Position numbers and translations under genes: made by a program. From Ruditapes philippinarum (Eukaryota): 64,000 bases of DNA. The DNA lies in the NCBI RefSeq assembly GCF_026571515.1, contig NW_026865491.1:1-64000 (forward strand). Direction: 5' to 3'. The notes under the pieces are model-generated. The model was given only the letters and a program-made list of their open reading frames with translations, searched no databases and was not told the origin of the DNA. Shown one piece after another: positions 60,001-64,000 of this stretch; position 1 is the first letter of the stretch, and each line of letters opens with the position of its first letter.

Positions 60001-60533
60001 ATCAGAAAGAGTAGAAGTTCGTGCGTTATAATCACCCAACAAGAAATAGTAACTATCGCTGTTTGATTTACTTTCAAACATGTAATATAGAGTCAATGAG
60101 TCTATCAAAAATATTATTTTCAACTAAAGATTGTCGGCTGCTTCCATCAGGCAATACATAACATAATCCTATATATACATCTTTACTAATGTTTAATTTT
60201 ACAGACGATAACTTAACCCAAAGTATATCGTCCTGACTAATATAAATAACGTGTCATCTGAAACAAGATCATTTCGTACATATATGATAATCCCCCCTGA
60301 ATTTCTTTTACTGTTACTTTTAACTAATTTTCTATGCAACACAAAATGTTCAAAAATTGTCTTTATCTAAACTTGAAAATTCATTCGTCCATGTTTCAGT
60401 AAATAATACAATATCATTATTTTCGAAAACATTGTTCAAAAAAATCAGTATTTAACTTGTTTTTGTGCGTTTTGTGACTAGTCTTGTATGTTCATCAGGG
60501 CACATCTAATCGAACAAACCTTCTCCAATCGTC
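57004..60533 (-). pseudogene. LINE B ORF2, multiply frameshifted
   Basis: APE, RT and CCHC motifs are spread over short ORFs in the expected order. Confidence 0.85.
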
Positions 60534-62108
60534 CTAGCTTTTAACCTCCACTCCTCCAGGTATACGCGAGCGGCCTATTTATAGTAACTGGGGAAGTCCT
60601 GTTCCTACCCACGTGATTCACTACGATTGTATGGTTTGACGATTGTGACCTCTTAACGCTACGGTTGTTTGCACGTGATAAATGTGTAGTTACTTTTTGT
60701 GTATTTATATTCGAGGACGAAATTTGGGTCATGTCATTCATGTTTGGATTTTGGCTATTTTCATTTGTGTTTATATTTGTGCAGTGATGTTTCGTTGGGA
60801 TGTAGCTGGATAATCTGCATTTCGATTAAGTGAACCTTCTTGGGATAACTTTGAAGTTGCATTCAAGGTAAGTTGCTCATTGTTACTATCATTTTCTGCC
60901 AATAATTGTAAGCTAGTACTTGTTAGAACAGCTATTTCTGAAATAGGCGTTTCCCATTTTGTGATTTTTCGGGAATGTATGTTGCATCCTCAGATTGATT
61001 TGTAGTACACGAATGTTTATTTTTCGTTTGAGTTTGAATAGATTTTCCATGATTTTGATTAAGTTCACTCGTATTTAATAAGTCCGATAAATGTGACATG
61101 TTACTTGGTAATTGTCTTTGAAATGTGTTTGGATCTGTGTCCATCTGCGGAACTCTTCGGGTCGAGTCTGGCTGGTGTATTTCAGTTTCCATTGGTGATG
61201 ATATTGGCCCATAGTTTGATGCCCTGTTGTCTGGTTTAGCTTTGTTGCTGATTATTTCCTCTTCATTTTGGGGAGTAGAGCTTTGTCCATGGTTGCTGAT
61301 AAAGCCAATATCTTGTAATCTATCGTTACGCATGTAGAAATTCCAATCTGGAAATTCGTCATGTATCACCCTCCCATCAGCGACTATCTTTGCCGGATAC
61401 ACAACGTTTACTTTAGAATGTGGATTCGAAATTCTGTAATTTTTATACTTTGGCCAAAGCCTTGATCTTGCGTTTTGTATTTCTTTCGGGTAATCAAAAT
61501 CAACCGAAATACCAGGGACATCTCTTAGCCTGTTAACTCGGCTCATTATCAGTTCAACATCACCATAGTCTCGAAAGTTAACTATAATTGGTCTCTTGTT
61601 AAAGTTTCTGCCTGGTGCACGTGAACCAAGTCTATGCGCTCGTGCAATATATATGTCTGTATCATAAATATCTAACCTGTTTTGCAGTAAATCTTTGATG
61701 ATAAATTTGCAATTTTCACCTCTATTTTCGGGAAATCCACGGAATACTAGGTTATTTCTTCTCGATCTGGCTTCCACGTCTATCGATTTATATGCCAAGG
61801 TTTTCAGTAAGGCTGTCTGGGCGTTAGTAACATTTACTACCTGGCCAACTTTTTCTTTCACCTGAACTAAAGTCTTTTTGAAAATTTACTATTCCTAAGC
61901 TACAGGCTACTTGTTCGTCTCGGATAAATCTCATTTCATCGAACATTAACAACAGTTTTTCATCAATAGAAGATTTCATAAACTTGTTTCTGTCGGTTCT
62001 CATATCTTTTTTACTGTTTTCAATCTCATTCACACTTTCCCGCTCACTCAGTATTTCAAAATTGTTATGTACGGGTACTGAAAAAACTGAATTTAACTCC
62101 ATTTTCAC
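60534..62108 (-). pseudogene. LINE B ORF1 (L1-type RRM), frameshifted
   Basis: ORF fragments 61824-62108, 60932-61861 and 60541-60741 in shifting frames. Confidence 0.8.
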
Positions 62109-64000
62109 ACAATATTTAATTCATAATCCTTTCAGGTCACTATAAAATTCCAATATAATCCTTACAAACAGTTTTTAAACACTTTGAGTACAATTTAGCC
62201 TAAAATTTCCAATTTTACTTCAACAGATTTGAAAAAACGCAACCACTGTCCGCCATATTTAATTACCCATTCAATTACATATTCAATTACCCATATGTTA
62301 GTACAGTTTTTCAATCCTTTTGAAACTCGATTTTTACGTTGAATAAACATTTCGGGCTTTTAAACGGGGATTAGCTGACCGATTTTGCAAACAAAATGAG
62401 TTTTACGAGCTACTACATATATACAAGTGTGTACATCTATGTGGTACCCTTGACAACTGGCACATGATACTTTGCGAAAGTTTCCTTTTTTTTGGTTCAG
62501 TATATATATGTTTCATATGTTACATAGAAAGGTTTAGATTGAAATATTATAAAGAATACCAAAATCATCCACAATTAAATACTTTCGTCTCGAGTGACAT
62601 CGTCCATTCAGCAAATTAATATTCAATTACACATGAACTTTTAAAATTTATTTTATATTTTTACTTTTATATATGCATTGAAATATTAAAACGAAGAACA
62701 AAAACATCAATAATTTAATACTTTTATTACATTAGTCCACATATAAATACTTTTTTAAATTACGGTCCGCCTCGTCTCGAGTGACGGTCCGCCCTGTCCC
62801 GATATATGGTCCGCCTAGTCTCACGGTCCACCCTGTCCTGCAGGCGTCCCCAGCCCCCTAGACATAATATTTAAGCCAGATAACATCAATAATTAAAGGT
62901 CGTTTGTGCATTTTGGATCTGAAGCATAATCATATAAGGTCGTAACTGCAGTCTTACAGATACAATAAGGCCCTATCTGGCAGATACGTCCTTTTAATAT
63001 TGAGGCAGTTTATTTCATGTTACTGTGAACATGGGGCGTAAATGGTAGATACGACCTTTTTATAGAACGTATATAGAAACTTAAAATATAAATAAACCTA
63101 TAACATGCAGTACGCATATAATGAATTCTGGCCGGCAAAAAGTCTTGTCATCCTCGAAAACGGAAATTGGAGAGACACAGTGCAGTAAACAATATGAGTG
63201 TATTTGATAGGCATGTATAAAAAAGATACACGCACATGTATGCAAACATACAGAAAAGGGATAGATTCTCGTGTCGTGACCATGCGCCGTTCAATACATA
63301 ATTTTAATATCCGTGACTTGGGATACAGTATAGACAATCAGAATCACCTAATCACACCGTATTACCGGCGGCAGTGATGGCAGATCACTGCAGTGATGGC
63401 AGATATCTGAAAATTACCGATCGGTACAGATAGGTTATAAATTTGGTTGGTTTAATTATATTACACATGTTAGAATTTTGATCTTGAATCCACAAGTGTT
63501 TTATTGTTTTATGATACCACAGCAATAAAAGTTGTGAAGACTAGTTATGTCAAATTATCAATCAATTTATTGTTCATATACATGTATCCAATAAAAAAAA
63601 ACAACAGAAAACCAGTTTTAAAGTCATTTGATGACAGAAAAAATAATCTTACTATCACTAAAATACATGTGCCAGAATGTTCCCAATGTTTTACAACAAA
63701 TACAGTAAAAAACTCATAAAATACATCTCTTCAAAGCAATTGAAAACATAGATTTTTAGACAATATCAAAATCCAGATTATTCTAATAAGCAGAAAAGAA
63801 TATGACATGTTCATGCAGACTAGACCTGTATATTTTGGTCGCATAAAGCCTCTGAAAGGTCTGAAAAATCTTATTTTTATCATACAAGTTCATATAGAAA
63901 ATATCTGAAAATAACAATTTGAAAATATGTAAATGATAACAAATGCAATAAAACTGACTTTAAAATTGAGTTTTGTGGCATGGAAATGCTTCTGCTTCAC

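Larger units (their letters stand above)
56505..62262 (-). mobile_element. Decayed, apparently full-length LINE B (ORF1 + APE-RT-CCHC)
   Basis: ORF1 RSRRNNLVFRGFPE...IARAHRLG...RPIIVNF; APE LFTETW and LGDYNART; RT GVRQGECLSPLLF and LLYADD (~58200-58340); EDEFHFVIEC; many 1-nt indels; AATAAA-containing 3' end. Boundaries approximate. Confidence 0.9.
55856..62840. mobile_element. Foldback/MULE-like element with ~160-190-bp inverted arms, interrupted by LINE B
   Basis: 55856-56040 (GGACAGGGCGGACCGT repeats + AAAAAAGTATTTATATGTGGACTAATGTAAT) is the reverse complement of ~62678-62840; no TSD found. Confidence 0.8.

Noticed and set aside
62860-63420. GC-richer stretch with short repeats and a 79-aa ORF
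   Set aside because: No termini, splice-consistent exon or recognisable motif could be supported.

Overview
AT-rich, intron-rich animal DNA. The repeat families (Meta-, CORE- and Nin/Deu-like tRNA SINEs, HINE/pearl-like elements with ~160-bp arrays) suggest a bivalve mollusc; this is inference. Genes: (1) the last three coding exons of an uncharacterised coiled-coil gene on + (1-3245); (2) a complete 6-exon probable paralogue on + (16735-24627, 398 aa) with a signal peptide, a Cys pair, an acidic pro-segment, an RHKR furin-type site and a Cys-free coiled coil; (3) a complete 20-exon cytosolic threonyl-tRNA synthetase gene on - (54793->28452, 714 aa), probably with a GC-AG first intron. The rest is mostly mobile DNA: a young near-intact APE-RT LINE nested in a MITE in TARS intron 10, a decayed LINE inside a foldback element upstream of TARS, many MITEs, SINEs with target-site duplications (TSDs) and a 36-bp minisatellite. 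Best leads: a UAG-GA junction just upstream of the endonuclease domain in both LINEs (in frame with ORF1 and without an ORF2 AUG in the young copy, so candidate stop-codon readthrough), and the orphan secreted coiled-coil gene pair. All gene models were spliced by hand from sequence only; no searches were run.
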